Positions 1 through 9,322 are shown, counted from the stretch's first letter. The stretch: DNA of 64,000 bases from Omnitrophica bacterium GWA2_41_15 (GCA_919902675.1 CAKKRH010000013.1:47239-111238), one strand, 5' to 3'. Translations and numbers: made by a program. Notes: a model not told the origin generated them from the letters alone.

Positions 1-811
1 CCACCGGATGGCTGGTAAAATCATTATCGCTCAAGCGTAAAAGCGTAAGTTTCTCGTCATCGTGCTCTAAGGAAACCATCTGAGATGTCCGGGAAAAATG
101 CCGGTTGAGAATATGGATATCCTTCATCAGGCAAGAAAAATTTCCCTGGACAAACTGGGTGCTGAGCAGGCGGGTTTTCTGGCTCTCCTGCGCGGTTAAA
201 TCAAGGGTGGGGGTTTTTACCTGGCTAATAATCCCGGAATGAGGCTGACAGACTAAATCCGTGATTTTTTCCGAATGCCAATGGTACCTGCGCGCGGTTT
301 GATTCTCCTGGTTCATTCCCTGCTGGACCACCGACCAGGCGCCGCGCGATGAAAAGAAAAAACTGTGATGATAGATCTGAAAGCCATCCTGGATTAAGGC
401 GCTATCCACCTTCGCGGCCATCTTGGAATTGTACACTAAATTATCAATTTTTGGCGCGGGCAGGCTTAACCTTTGGCCCCAATTCATAATTTCTGACGGG
501 GTCTTACGCGATGTCTTGCCTTTACCGCCGCAGATAAAGATGCCCAATTCCTTCTCCTGTCCGCGGAGAGCCTCTTTTAAGGCGGCAGTGAGGATGGTGG
601 TCAGGCCCGAGGCATTCCAGTCAAAGGCAAGCACTGTGCCCAGGGACTGAAACCATACCGGGTCACCGATACGCCGGATAAACTCATCCGGCCCATATTC
701 CTGGGCGATTATCCAAACCATCCCCCGCCCAAGCGTCACCATCCGCTCAAAGAGCCAACGCGGGCACTTGCCGGTATCTAATCCAAATGTAGCTATTCCT
801 CTTTGTATCAT
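1..811 (-). CDS. DUF763-family protein; the C-terminal part runs off the window start
   Basis: Edge-truncated, so absent from the ORF track. My own translation of the minus strand from the ATG at 811..809 gives MIQRGIATFGLDTGKCPRWLFERMVTLGRGMVWIIAQEYGPDEFIRRIGDPVWFQSLGTVLAFDWNASGLTTILTAALKEAL..., open down to position 1. The GKxPRWLFxRM and WFQxxG..FDWxxSGLTT blocks match my memory of DUF763. Confidence 0.6.
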   Translation of the reverse strand, partial: MIQRGIATFGLDTGKCPRWLFERMVTLGRGMVWIIAQEYGPDEFIRRIGDPVWFQSLGTVLAFDWNASGLTTILTAALKEALRGQEKELGIFICGGKGKTSRKTPSEIMNWGQRLSLPAPKIDNLVYNSKMAAKVDSALIQDGFQIYHHSFFFSSRGAWSVVQQGMNQENQTARRYHWHSEKITDLVCQPHSGIISQVKTPTLDLTAQESQKTRLLSTQFVQGNFSCLMKDIHILNRHFSRTSQMVSLEHDDEKLTLLRLSDNDFTSHPV

Positions 812-1115
812 ATAATGAAAAAAATGGTGTCGTTTCTAGCTAAGTGATTATAAATAAATATGTTACGGATTAATTACTCTGGGCCTTCCTCGTGCCCTGG
901 GTTTTACTAGCCTCAATCTTTCTCTTAAGCTATCAATAAAACTATTTGAACCAAAGACTGAATCACTCATTATGGTTTTTCTCATAAACTCAACGGTCCT
1001 GCCCTGCCAAAGGTGTCCTGATGTTTTATATTTTAAATTGAATTTAGCACAATAAATTACTAATGTAAATTTATTTGCAACTTGTTCGCAATCAAACTGT
1101 TACGTAGAAACGACA

Positions 1116-3362
1116 CTATTTTTTCTTTTCAAGAACATTCTTTAGTTTATCCAAATCTGTCACCGGAAGATTGCAAGTATGCTTTTCACAAACATAGATT
1201 GCGGGCCTGTCCGCGATTAAGCTTTGTTCTTTGGTCCAAGAAGCGAGCGATAAGATCGGATCATCTTCGCTTGATGAGCGAAACAATAATATTTTATTGG
1301 GAAGAAAATTACTGTAGATCAATGACGTTGTTTGCTCAACAAAAGTGTCAGAGGATTTTTTAGAAACTATGGCAATTTCTTTGGTCGGCGACAAAGAATA
1401 GTCTAACGCGATAAGCATCTGGGTAAACGCGGTTGGAGCGCGCGACAGATTCGCCGCGATAGACTTCAATGAATTTTCTGCCGCGTATTCAAAATCTTTA
1501 TTCAAAGTCATGCGGTTAAGTCTTAACAGAACCAGGGCGGCCATGGAATTTCCTGACGGCAAGGCGCCGTCATAATATTCCTTGGGGCGGCTCTCAAGAA
1601 TCAACTCCGCGTCCGCCGCTGAAAAGAAAAATCCGCCGGCCGGCTTGTCTTCGAATAAGCGCGTCATTTCTCCGGCCAGGTTGACGGCCTCCTTAAAATA
1701 AATAACTTCAAACGTCGCCTCATATAAATCCAAAAGCCCTTCTATAAGGAAAGCGTAATCAGCGAGAAACCCCGGAATACCGGCCGAATCATCCCTGAAA
1801 CGATGCAGGACCCCGGAGTCTTTTGTTTTCAAGGTATTTAGAATAAAATCCGCGGCTTTCTTAGACGCGGAAAGATATCGGGCTTCATGCAAGATCTTAC
1901 CTCCAAGCGCCAAGCTTGATATCATCAGGCCGTTCCAATCCGTAAGAACTTTATCATCCCGGTGAGGCCGTAATCTTTTCTCGCGCTCAAGAAAAAGCTT
2001 TTGTTTTGAAACGGACAGAATAATTCCCGTGTCCTTTAATGACTTCTTAAAATACTCTGCCGTCTCTTCAATAGTACGGCTGATTGATAAGACATTCTTG
2101 CGCTCAAATTCATCGCGCGGGTCGTTAACTACATTGCCATTATCTTTAATCCCATAATGATAGCTGAATAATTCTCCCGCCTCTTTGCCTAAGACATCGA
2201 TGATCCCGCTTTTTGTCCAGACGTAATACGCGCCTTCTTTCTTCTTTTCCGGATATTTACTGTCAGGAGCGCTGTCGGCGTCTTCAGCTGAATAAAAACC
2301 GCCCTCAAGCGAAGTCATATCCTTAAGCACATAATCAAATATGTCCCTTGCCGCTTGAGCATACTTTTCCTTTTTAGTTATTTGATAGGCCTCAAGATAG
2401 GCTTTTGCCAGCATCGCCTGGTCATAGAGCATTTTTTCAAAGTGCGGCAAAAACCACTCCCTATCGGTAGAATACCTGTGAAATCCCCCGCCTAAATGGT
2501 CATGGATACCGCCGTCCGCCATATGGCTTAAGGTATTCTCAACCATCTCAAGGGCCTTTTTATTCCCTGTCTTGTAATAATAGCGCGAAAGCAATGAAAG
2601 CGTATGTGGAGAAGGGAACTTGGGGGCGATGCTAAATCCCCCATAGGTAGAATCGTATTCAGACGATAATCTCTCAAAGGCGCTGTCAAGAACCGTCTCC
2701 GGAACAACTTCTTGCGCTTTTAAGATAATAGACAAATTCTTCAGCTCATTCGTTAACTGTCCTGCTGATTGCGCGATTTCGCCTCTCTTGTTCTTCCAGG
2801 AATCTATGATAGACAAGAATAGCTTTTTTAAATAACCAGGGGGAAAGTAGGTGCCGCCGTAAAACGGTTTTTTATCTGGGGTGAGGAAGACATTCAGCGG
2901 CCATCCTCCGGAACCGGTCATAGCCTGCACGGCATTCATATAGATTGAATCAATATCAGGGCGCTCTTCACGGTCAACTTTTATCGCGACAAAAGACCGG
3001 TTAAGAATTTCGGCAATTTCAGGATTAGAATACGACTCCTCCTCCATCACATGACACCAATGACAGGTAGAGTAGCCAACAGAGAGGAATATGGGCTTAT
3101 CCTCCTTTTTTGCTTTCGCGAATGCCTCATCAGCCCACGGATACCAATCCACGGGATTATGAGCGTGCTGCAGAAGATAAGGGCTCTTCTCCTTAATGAG
3201 ACGATTAGTAAAACTCTCAGCCTTAACCACAGCAGCCTCCAGGATAAAAACAAATAAAATCAGATACCTCACAACTATATCAAATGCTTTACATACAAAG
3301 ATATATACTGCTTCTTCATATTTTGTTGATAAAATAGAACCGTCCCTTTTCCCAACAGGCAA
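1116..3362 (-). CDS. Thioredoxin-domain protein of the YyaL/DUF255 (SSP411-like) family
   Basis: 748-aa ORF with [38 protein letters not shown] and a long alpha/alpha-toroid-like C-terminal region. The real start may be the GTG at 3272, which would give a signal-like [18 protein letters not shown]. Confidence 0.85.
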   Translation of the reverse strand: MPVGKRDGSILSTKYEEAVYIFVCKAFDIVVRYLILFVFILEAAVVKAESFTNRLIKEKSPYLLQHAHNPVDWYPWADEAFAKAKKEDKPIFLSVGYSTCHWCHVMEEESYSNPEIAEILNRSFVAIKVDREERPDIDSIYMNAVQAMTGSGGWPLNVFLTPDKKPFYGGTYFPPGYLKKLFLSIIDSWKNKRGEIAQSAGQLTNELKNLSIILKAQEVVPETVLDSAFERLSSEYDSTYGGFSIAPKFPSPHTLSLLSRYYYKTGNKKALEMVENTLSHMADGGIHDHLGGGFHRYSTDREWFLPHFEKMLYDQAMLAKAYLEAYQITKKEKYAQAARDIFDYVLKDMTSLEGGFYSAEDADSAPDSKYPEKKKEGAYYVWTKSGIIDVLGKEAGELFSYHYGIKDNGNVVNDPRDEFERKNVLSISRTIEETAEYFKKSLKDTGIILSVSKQKLFLEREKRLRPHRDDKVLTDWNGLMISSLALGGKILHEARYLSASKKAADFILNTLKTKDSGVLHRFRDDSAGIPGFLADYAFLIEGLLDLYEATFEVIYFKEAVNLAGEMTRLFEDKPAGGFFFSAADAELILESRPKEYYDGALPSGNSMAALVLLRLNRMTLNKDFEYAAENSLKSIAANLSRAPTAFTQMLIALDYSLSPTKEIAIVSKKSSDTFVEQTTSLIYSNFLPNKILLFRSSSEDDPILSLASWTKEQSLIADRPAIYVCEKHTCNLPVTDLDKLKNVLEKKK

Positions 3363-3518
3363 TCTTAATTATAATATAAACGATTTGGCATTACTACCAA
3401 AAATTTAAGGCAACCCGCGGTGTTATGGAAATCTCCGTAAGACCGCGTGTTGGAAAAAAGATTAGGGAATTATGAAAGAGGGATTACGCGGATTTGGGCG
3501 ATAAAACAGCTTTGTCAC

Positions 3519-3803
3519 CTATCCGCAAAGCTTGAGCTTATTCTCTCTGGTAAGGCCCTTAATGCGGGATTCCCGCTTTTGGGCTTGGGATCTAGTGGGG
3601 TGTTCTTCGGAATGGATGAGTTTTACCGGCCAGCGAAATCTCGTATATCTGCCGCCGTTGCCTTCATTATGGTCTTTTACTCGACGAGGAAGGTTGTTGG
3701 TGACTCCGGTATAGAGCGTTTTATCACGGCACTCGATTATATAGACGTGCCAGGATATGTGAGGCAGGTGCTCCATGAAACGTGTGTTATATGTGGAAGG
3801 CAC
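3519..3803 (-). CDS. Small GIY-YIG nuclease family protein, copy 1 of 3
   Basis: WHVYIIECRDKTLYTGVTNNLPRRVKDHNEG...QAQKRESRIKGL is the GIY-YIG (YhbQ/UPF0213-like) signature. The likely true start is MEHLPH at 3776. Nearly identical at DNA level to 5823..6080 and 9430..9717. Confidence 0.8.
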   Translation of the reverse strand: MPSTYNTRFMEHLPHISWHVYIIECRDKTLYTGVTNNLPRRVKDHNEGNGGRYTRFRWPVKLIHSEEHPTRSQAQKRESRIKGLTRENKLKLCG

Positions 3804-3859
3804 TTCGCCCCCTTCGGGGGCTCAGTGCCCAATTTTTCGCCGAGAGGCGAAAAATTGGG
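3800..3859 (-). promoter_or_regulatory. Conserved double-hairpin leader upstream of GIY-YIG copy 1
   Basis: First hairpin: GCCCCC-TTC-GGGGGC (3807..3821), nested in CACT/AGTG. Second hairpin: a perfect 14-bp stem, CCCAATTTTTCGCC (3828..3841) / GAGA loop / GGCGAAAAATTGGG (3846..3859). The same sequence recurs at 9714..9773. Confidence 0.5.
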
Positions 3860-4114
3860 GTAGCTGGCTTTCGGACTTTAGGAACTTAATGATCAGCCAA
3901 CCGACGCCGTTTAATCCGTTGTATTATCAAACCGCATCCTGCTAAACTGCGAATATGCGACTTTACAAATTGGCAATTCAATTCGCAATCTGTAAAAATA
4001 GTATCGTATAGGGTATTGTATAGGAATCAGAAGCCCGATTGCGTATAAAAAGAACGTAACCCTTTGAAAATCCAATGCTTAATTTTTATACGATTCCCGG
4101 CAATGCGTATAAAA

Positions 4115-5605
4115 CTACTGGTATTCGATCACCGCGGCCAAGGCTGTCACGACTTCTTCAATCGTCTGCGGTGAAGCCTTACCGATAAATTTCACGAATT
4201 TCTGATAATCAACGCCTCTGACCTGCAAAACATCGACTGCGGATACCTTACTGAGATTATTTTGCGCATCCGGTTCGATTTTAACGTGCCAAATATTCCC
4301 CGCGAACGCCTGTTTCCATTCCGTGATGGGGCCAACGATCTTTATCGGTAATTTGCCTATGCCGTCAGAGCTGATAACGAGAACGGGCCTGTTTTTCTTG
4401 ATTTCCGCGCCAACTGCCGGATCGAGCTTTACTTCCCAAATCTCACCACGTTGAGGAATATTGATTTTACTGCTCAAAGAAGTCTCCTGCCTGCCAAGCG
4501 GATCTGGTGTGGTCATTATCATAGTCTGGTGCGGCCTTCTCCGCTTGCTGGGCAAGGATCCTTCGTCTCTCTTCAAGGAAAGCGGGGTCTTGTCCTCGAT
4601 CTTCTCGCCCAATAGTGTTTCGGCTTCGGATTGGCCGAGCAAAGATTCAGCAAAAGCTTTATAGACGTTTTGCTTCAACCACTCCGTCCTTTCAACAGGC
4701 AAAGGATTGGGTTCTTGTCGTTTCCATCCCATCTTATTAATGCATCTGAACCATTGGACGCAATATGACTCCGAGATCATATCCAACTCTTTAAGCCGGT
4801 ATAAAATCGATTGCATGCTCATTCCGAATTTCTTCTTCAAAATAAGCAACTCTTGCAGATCAATGGCCGTTCTTTTGTCGCCAACTTCGCGCGCGATCCA
4901 TTCTTTTGGAGCCAGAAATGCCGCTCCAAAGCGAAATGCGGCCTTTTCTTCATCGACTGACTGCGTTATTTTCAAGACCAAATGGCCTAATTCATGAGCC
5001 AAGTTTAATCGCTGTCTTTCTCCGGAAGTTCCTTTTTTGACGACGATGGCTACGCCTTTGACGTGATGATCCTCATATGCGACTGCGGCCATTCCATCGA
5101 ATTTATCATTCGCATCAACTTCCAAAATATGAATAAGCTTGTTCTCTAAGATTCCGGTGATGCTGGATATCTGATCTTTACCCAAGTTCCATTCGACGCG
5201 AATAGAATCAGCGGCTTTCTCGACTTCATCCAATCTGTTTATATGAAATTTCTGTATAGGAACATTCAGCGTCGCGGTGGGACAAACAAGATTCTGAATT
5301 TTTAACCGCTCTTCCAGACTTTCCTTAACAAGGTTTTCGATGCGCGATTGTTCCTTCTTTCTCAAAGCAGATCTCTTCCGGTAAGCAATGAACTCTATAC
5401 GGTATTTGGGTTCGGAGAGCAATTGAATCGTCTTCAGATTGAATGCGCTGGCGATCTTGGCTAAAACAGGGGCTGAAGGCTGATCGAGGCCTAACTCATA
5501 TTTTGAAATAGCCTGCTTCGTGACCACTCCACCGATGTGGGCCACTAATTCATCCAGAGACCATCCTCTGGACAAACGCAATTGTTTGATTTTTTGAGCT
5601 AACAT
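4115..5605 (-). CDS. Single-chain fusion: XRE-type HTH + ImmA/IrrE (M78, COG2856) metallopeptidase + MazF/PemK-like toxin domain
   Basis: N-terminus LAQKIKQLRLSRGWSLDELVAHIGGVVTKQAISKYELG is an XRE HTH. AHELGHLVL is the HEXXH motif. C-terminus RGEIWEVKLDPAVGAEIKKNRPVLVISSD...VSAVDVLQVRGVD is MazF/PemK. There is no stop codon between the domains. The start is set at the ATG at 5605 (SD GAGGGA) because the first 11 codons of the tracked ORF cover the promoter. Confidence 0.75.
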   Translation of the reverse strand: MLAQKIKQLRLSRGWSLDELVAHIGGVVTKQAISKYELGLDQPSAPVLAKIASAFNLKTIQLLSEPKYRIEFIAYRKRSALRKKEQSRIENLVKESLEERLKIQNLVCPTATLNVPIQKFHINRLDEVEKAADSIRVEWNLGKDQISSITGILENKLIHILEVDANDKFDGMAAVAYEDHHVKGVAIVVKKGTSGERQRLNLAHELGHLVLKITQSVDEEKAAFRFGAAFLAPKEWIAREVGDKRTAIDLQELLILKKKFGMSMQSILYRLKELDMISESYCVQWFRCINKMGWKRQEPNPLPVERTEWLKQNVYKAFAESLLGQSEAETLLGEKIEDKTPLSLKRDEGSLPSKRRRPHQTMIMTTPDPLGRQETSLSSKINIPQRGEIWEVKLDPAVGAEIKKNRPVLVISSDGIGKLPIKIVGPITEWKQAFAGNIWHVKIEPDAQNNLSKVSAVDVLQVRGVDYQKFVKFIGKASPQTIEEVVTALAAVIEYQ

Positions 5606-5628
5606 AGTTAATTCCCTCATCAGTTGAC

Positions 5629-5657
5629 AATATACCATATCTTATTACATTTGTCAA
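5629..5657 (-). promoter_or_regulatory. Sigma70-type promoter with flanking inverted repeat, for the XRE-ImmA-MazF gene
   Basis: On the minus strand: TTGACA (5657..5652), a 17-nt spacer, then TATATT (5634..5629). GTTGACAA and TTGTCAAC form an inverted repeat around the -35/-10 elements, plausibly an operator for the HTH. Confidence 0.55.
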
Positions 5658-5822
5658 CCGCTATAATTTCTTGGCATTGGACCATTCTCTTGACCATTTT
5701 TAAAAGATATGCTTCTTAATTTACTCCGGATTGTCGAAATTACGTTAAGCGCATCCACACCTCTAAAATAGTCGCTGTCCATATTTATTCCGCTTGAGCT
5801 AAACGAGAGCTCGCATAGTCGC

Positions 5823-6080
5823 CTATCCGCAAAGCTTGAGCTTATTCTCTCTGGTAAGGCCCTTAATGTGGGATTCCCGCTTTTGGGCTTGGGATCTACT
5901 GGGGTGTTCTTCGGAATGGACGAGTTTTACCGGCCAGCGAAATCTCGTATATCTGCCGCCGTTGCCTTCATTATGGTCTTTTACTCGACGAGGAAGGTTG
6001 TTAGTGACTCCGGTATAGAGCGTTTTGTCACGGCACTCGATTATGTAGACGTGCCAGGGCGCAAGAGGCAGGTGCTTCAT
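5823..6080 (-). CDS. Small GIY-YIG nuclease family protein, copy 2 of 3
   Basis: 85 aa with the same WHVYIIECRDKTLYTGVTNNLPRRVKDHNEG core. It begins 22 bp after the fic stop and lacks the hairpin leader of copies 1 and 3. Confidence 0.8.
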   Translation of the reverse strand: MKHLPLAPWHVYIIECRDKTLYTGVTNNLPRRVKDHNEGNGGRYTRFRWPVKLVHSEEHPSRSQAQKRESHIKGLTRENKLKLCG

Positions 6081-6102
6081 AATTTATGGTATATAACTAT
6101 TT

Positions 6103-7104
6103 TTAATTCAGGCGGTATCGAACGGCCCTTGCCGCGCCTTCTCTGGTGACGATGCCCGAACGGACAAGCGGACTAATGAGCTGATTGACGCGGGCGCGAT
6201 TGATCTTCATAGTTTTCCTGATTTCTGGCGCGCCTAAAACATCTTTTCGTTTTAACAAATCCAAAAGCTCTTCCTGTTTAGGCGTCAACGAAATCCCTTG
6301 CAACCGAAGTGTCCCGGCCTTGATCCTGTTTTGTGCATCCTCATGCGCCCACGCCAAACCTTGGGCAACATATTCCACCCAGCGCGTAAAGTCCCGATCC
6401 ATGTCACGTGTCTGCTGGATCATGTCATAATAACGAGGCCGATCCTGCGCAAAGAAATCATCAAGGCCAAGGGTGCAAAGAGGATCAAAACCCTTTTCCC
6501 AAAGAAGCCACTGCCCGGCCGCGCGAGCCACGCGGCCATTGCCATCCACAAAAGGATGGATCGTCAGAAACTCGTGCTGAAAGATGGCACTACGGATAAC
6601 CAGATGCAAGGATTCATCCTTCGCCCAAGCAAAAAGGGCTTTCATGCGGCCCGCAACCTGCGCGGGAGGCGGCGGAGTAAAAATAACTTTATTGCGGGCA
6701 TCCACGATATAGTTCTGGACACTGCGATACTGGCCCGTTCGATCTTTGGCCAAAAGCCCCTTGATCATGCGGCCATGCACAGCCAAAAGCCCAAGTTCAG
6801 TGACCGGCTTATGTTTGGTCTTTAATATCTGCCGCATGGCTTCAACGCAATTGGCGACCTCTGTCTTCTGCTTTTCTTCAACCAAAAGATCCTTGCCGTC
6901 AACCACGGCCCTGACCTGCGCCAAAGACAGGAGATTGCCTTCAATCCATGTGGATGAATGAACGCTCCGGGCAAAAGCATCCCTCTCCAAAGGGGCCTTA
7001 ACAGACACTTTCAGCCGCGAGCTTCTGACAAGCGCACCCGTGACAGCAATCTGCTCAAACAGTTTTAAAAGGTGTGGCGTTATCCGATATTGGGCTTTAA
7101 ACAT
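6103..7104 (-). CDS. Fic/DOC family protein with an N-terminal inhibitory helix motif and a C-terminal winged-helix
   Basis: HPFVDGNGRVARAAG is the Fic core HxFx(D/E)GNGRxxR. STWIEGN fits the (S/T)xxxE(G/N) autoinhibition motif. The C-terminus LTPKQEELLDLLK...RARVNQLISPLVRSGIV is HTH-like. Confidence 0.85.
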   Translation of the reverse strand: MFKAQYRITPHLLKLFEQIAVTGALVRSSRLKVSVKAPLERDAFARSVHSSTWIEGNLLSLAQVRAVVDGKDLLVEEKQKTEVANCVEAMRQILKTKHKPVTELGLLAVHGRMIKGLLAKDRTGQYRSVQNYIVDARNKVIFTPPPPAQVAGRMKALFAWAKDESLHLVIRSAIFQHEFLTIHPFVDGNGRVARAAGQWLLWEKGFDPLCTLGLDDFFAQDRPRYYDMIQQTRDMDRDFTRWVEYVAQGLAWAHEDAQNRIKAGTLRLQGISLTPKQEELLDLLKRKDVLGAPEIRKTMKINRARVNQLISPLVRSGIVTREGAARAVRYRLN

Positions 7105-7271
7105 AATTCAAGTTTACCATATCGTATAGGTATTGTATAGGGAATTGTATAGGGCGCCAGCAATAGAGCCGCTTCTACCAATCCATATTCGCTGAATTGT
7201 CCCATTCATGGCATAAATGTTCGAGAAACTCTTTCATATCTTCTACTGAATTCATTGCCTGACGGTAAATA

Positions 7272-7410
7272 CTCACAAGGAACTCACAAGACGCTTTATC
7301 TAACCTTATCGCGCTGAGTAAGTTACGAAACAATTACGCTTTCTATATTTTTTGTGGAATTGTTTTGCAACCCAATACTGAGCAACGAGTTACATAGAGC
7401 GTCTTTTAAT
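7272..7410. repeat. 139-bp imperfect palindromic repeat, copy A (attC-like or MITE-like)
   Basis: Direct repeat of 9183..9322 with scattered substitutions. The arms AAGACGCTTTATCTAAC ... GTTACATAGAGCGTCTT are inverted repeats. Inner arms pair as well (GAAACAATTAC / GGAATTGTTTT). Confidence 0.8.
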
Positions 7411-7491
7411 TTTTATAATCAAACTTTGCGCGCTCAAAACACTGCATCATCGCCTTATGGGCGCCGTGGATATCCCCGATGGCAAGAGTTC

Positions 7492-8406
7492 TCATTCCCA
7501 CCCTCTCGGAAACTTCCATGTTTTATCGAAATTTCCATTTTCGTTAAGCGCCATAATAGGCTCAATAAGAAAATTTTCTATTTCCTTAGCCGTAGTAGAC
7601 AAAGTTTCCGGCGCGTGTTGAATATCACCTTTTTTCAAAAACGCGCTCCAAAGCGTCTGCCTGTCGGATTTTTCATCATAAATTTCATTAGCAAACAAAG
7701 GTTTTTTATTAGGGACATCTGTTTTTCTGTTATTGAACGTTTTCTTTACCGCGCTAGCAATATTTGCCCCCTTAAATTCAAACTGCCTCATCATAAGCCA
7801 GATATCGTAAAAATCTTTCATCCTGCTATTTAAAAGACCGAGTTTAATCATAGCCTCAAACTTTTCGCTGATAACACTCTCTTGGGGATATCCATTTAAA
7901 TGCGGTTTTGGAAAATCCAGAATCACCGGATAATCAATGACCTTGGTCCTTGGATATACAATATCACCAAAGCCCACGTCAATCTGCATCGGGATCCTCG
8001 CGCGGTCTAAAAAACCGGTGAATTTTACACGCACCCCTTCATAGTCCGCGTCTTCTTTGATCTTCGTTCCTTTGACTGTTTGAGAATCAAAATTAAGCCC
8101 GTCAAGATCCACGCTGATGTCGCATACCTCTTTCATCACTTTTTCGATAGTCGTGACCTCATTATCAAAACGGGCTAAGAAATCAATATCAAGAGTTGTG
8201 CGCCTGTCAGGTATCTGCCATACAGCGAATAAAAGCGCGCCTTTTAATACAAACTTATCAGCGTATTTTGATTTGCTGAACCGGTAGAGAAATCTCTCCA
8301 TGCCGTAATACTGCATTACTTCCGCGAATGGGCGATTTGTTTCTTTCGCTTTATTTTGTAGCTGTGCCTTAACGGAAGCCTCTATGTTTTTTACTTCTCT
8401 CTTCAT
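7492..8406 (-). CDS. abiEii: AbiEii/AbiGii-family nucleotidyltransferase toxin (type IV TA / abortive infection)
   Basis: MERFLYRFSKSKYADKFVLKGALLF...RRTTLDIDFLAR is the typical AbiEii N-terminal nucleotidyltransferase fold signature. It overlaps the upstream AbiEi gene by 4 nt. Confidence 0.8.
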   Translation of the reverse strand: MKREVKNIEASVKAQLQNKAKETNRPFAEVMQYYGMERFLYRFSKSKYADKFVLKGALLFAVWQIPDRRTTLDIDFLARFDNEVTTIEKVMKEVCDISVDLDGLNFDSQTVKGTKIKEDADYEGVRVKFTGFLDRARIPMQIDVGFGDIVYPRTKVIDYPVILDFPKPHLNGYPQESVISEKFEAMIKLGLLNSRMKDFYDIWLMMRQFEFKGANIASAVKKTFNNRKTDVPNKKPLFANEIYDEKSDRQTLWSAFLKKGDIQHAPETLSTTAKEIENFLIEPIMALNENGNFDKTWKFPRGWE

Positions 8407-9005
8407 AGCATGGTTTCTATTATTGGTTTTATAATTCTGTCAACACGGCAAATCTTCGCGTATTCCATAATATCCTTTGGCTTGACATGCTTTTCAGTAA
8501 TGGCAACCTTCAGCGCCTCTCTGGCAACATTCAGCCCGATTCTATTACGAAATTTAAAACAATCGGCAACACTCTTTGCGAGGCTATAAATTTTTACCGT
8601 ATGGCCTTCGATCTCATGTTTTTCGACTCCGGCCTTCCAAGTGTCGGGAGCAAACCTATAAAATCTAACAGGTGGATATTTAATTCTGTTTTCATGAGTG
8701 CCTCGGGGTATCGCGACATCAACGTATTTGGGTATTTCATTTGTTGCTTCATGAAAAGCAAGCGCCGAAAGAAGGCATACTGTCCCCTTAGGAATTTTAA
8801 TTGAGATAGCCACAAGGTCGGGATTGGAAAACGACATGCCTTCTGAGAGACTATAAAGCCCTCTGTCCAGTTTCTGAATATTATTGTTATCAAGGCTGAC
8901 TTTGATGAGCGCTTTATTGAAACCCGCTTCATCAAGTTCAGAAAAACTGGCCATTCCGCCTTTTTGTTTGAGAAATTGAATAAGTTCCGCTTCTTTTGAG
9001 CCCAT
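8403..9005 (-). CDS. abiEi: AbiEi-family antitoxin / transcriptional regulator
   Basis: The N-terminal winged-helix LIQFLKQKGGMASFSELDEAGFNKALIKVSL...LDRGLYSL and translational coupling to AbiEii support the call. Confidence 0.75.
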   Translation of the reverse strand: MGSKEAELIQFLKQKGGMASFSELDEAGFNKALIKVSLDNNNIQKLDRGLYSLSEGMSFSNPDLVAISIKIPKGTVCLLSALAFHEATNEIPKYVDVAIPRGTHENRIKYPPVRFYRFAPDTWKAGVEKHEIEGHTVKIYSLAKSVADCFKFRNRIGLNVAREALKVAITEKHVKPKDIMEYAKICRVDRIIKPIIETML

Positions 9006-9182
9006 TCGTATCGCTCCTTATCTATTTACACTTGTGCATAAGTGTATAGCATTTGGGATAGCATGTCAAGCGGTATTTTTCTAACGGCTGGAAATGATAC
9101 CATATATCCTTACCCCCTCTTTTATAAGGGGAAGTTAAGGAAATTGCTTTGTATAAGTAAAGAGGTTTTTGAAAGATTAAAG

Positions 9183-9322
9183 AATCACAAAAATCACAAG
9201 ACGCTTTATCTAACCTTATCGCGCTGAGTGAGTTACGAAACAATTACGCTTTCTATATTTCTTTCGCGGAATTGTTTTGTAACCTAATGCTGGGCAATGA
9301 GTTACATAGAGCGTCTTTTAAT
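9183..9322. repeat. 139-bp imperfect palindromic repeat, copy B
   Basis: Same element as 7272..7410. Together the two copies bracket the abiEi-abiEii pair. Confidence 0.8.

Noticed and set aside
6185-6961. Plus-strand ORFs antisense to fic (6185..6430, 6298..6825, 6408..6599, 6746..6961).
   Set aside because: The Fic frame on the minus strand carries the unambiguous HPFVDGNGR motif over the whole interval. The plus-strand ORFs are Arg/Pro-rich shadows.
7354-7833. 159-aa plus-strand ORF starting inside palindromic repeat copy A.
   Set aside because: It starts within the repeat and is antisense to the AbiEii 3' end. Its composition is low-complexity, with no SD.
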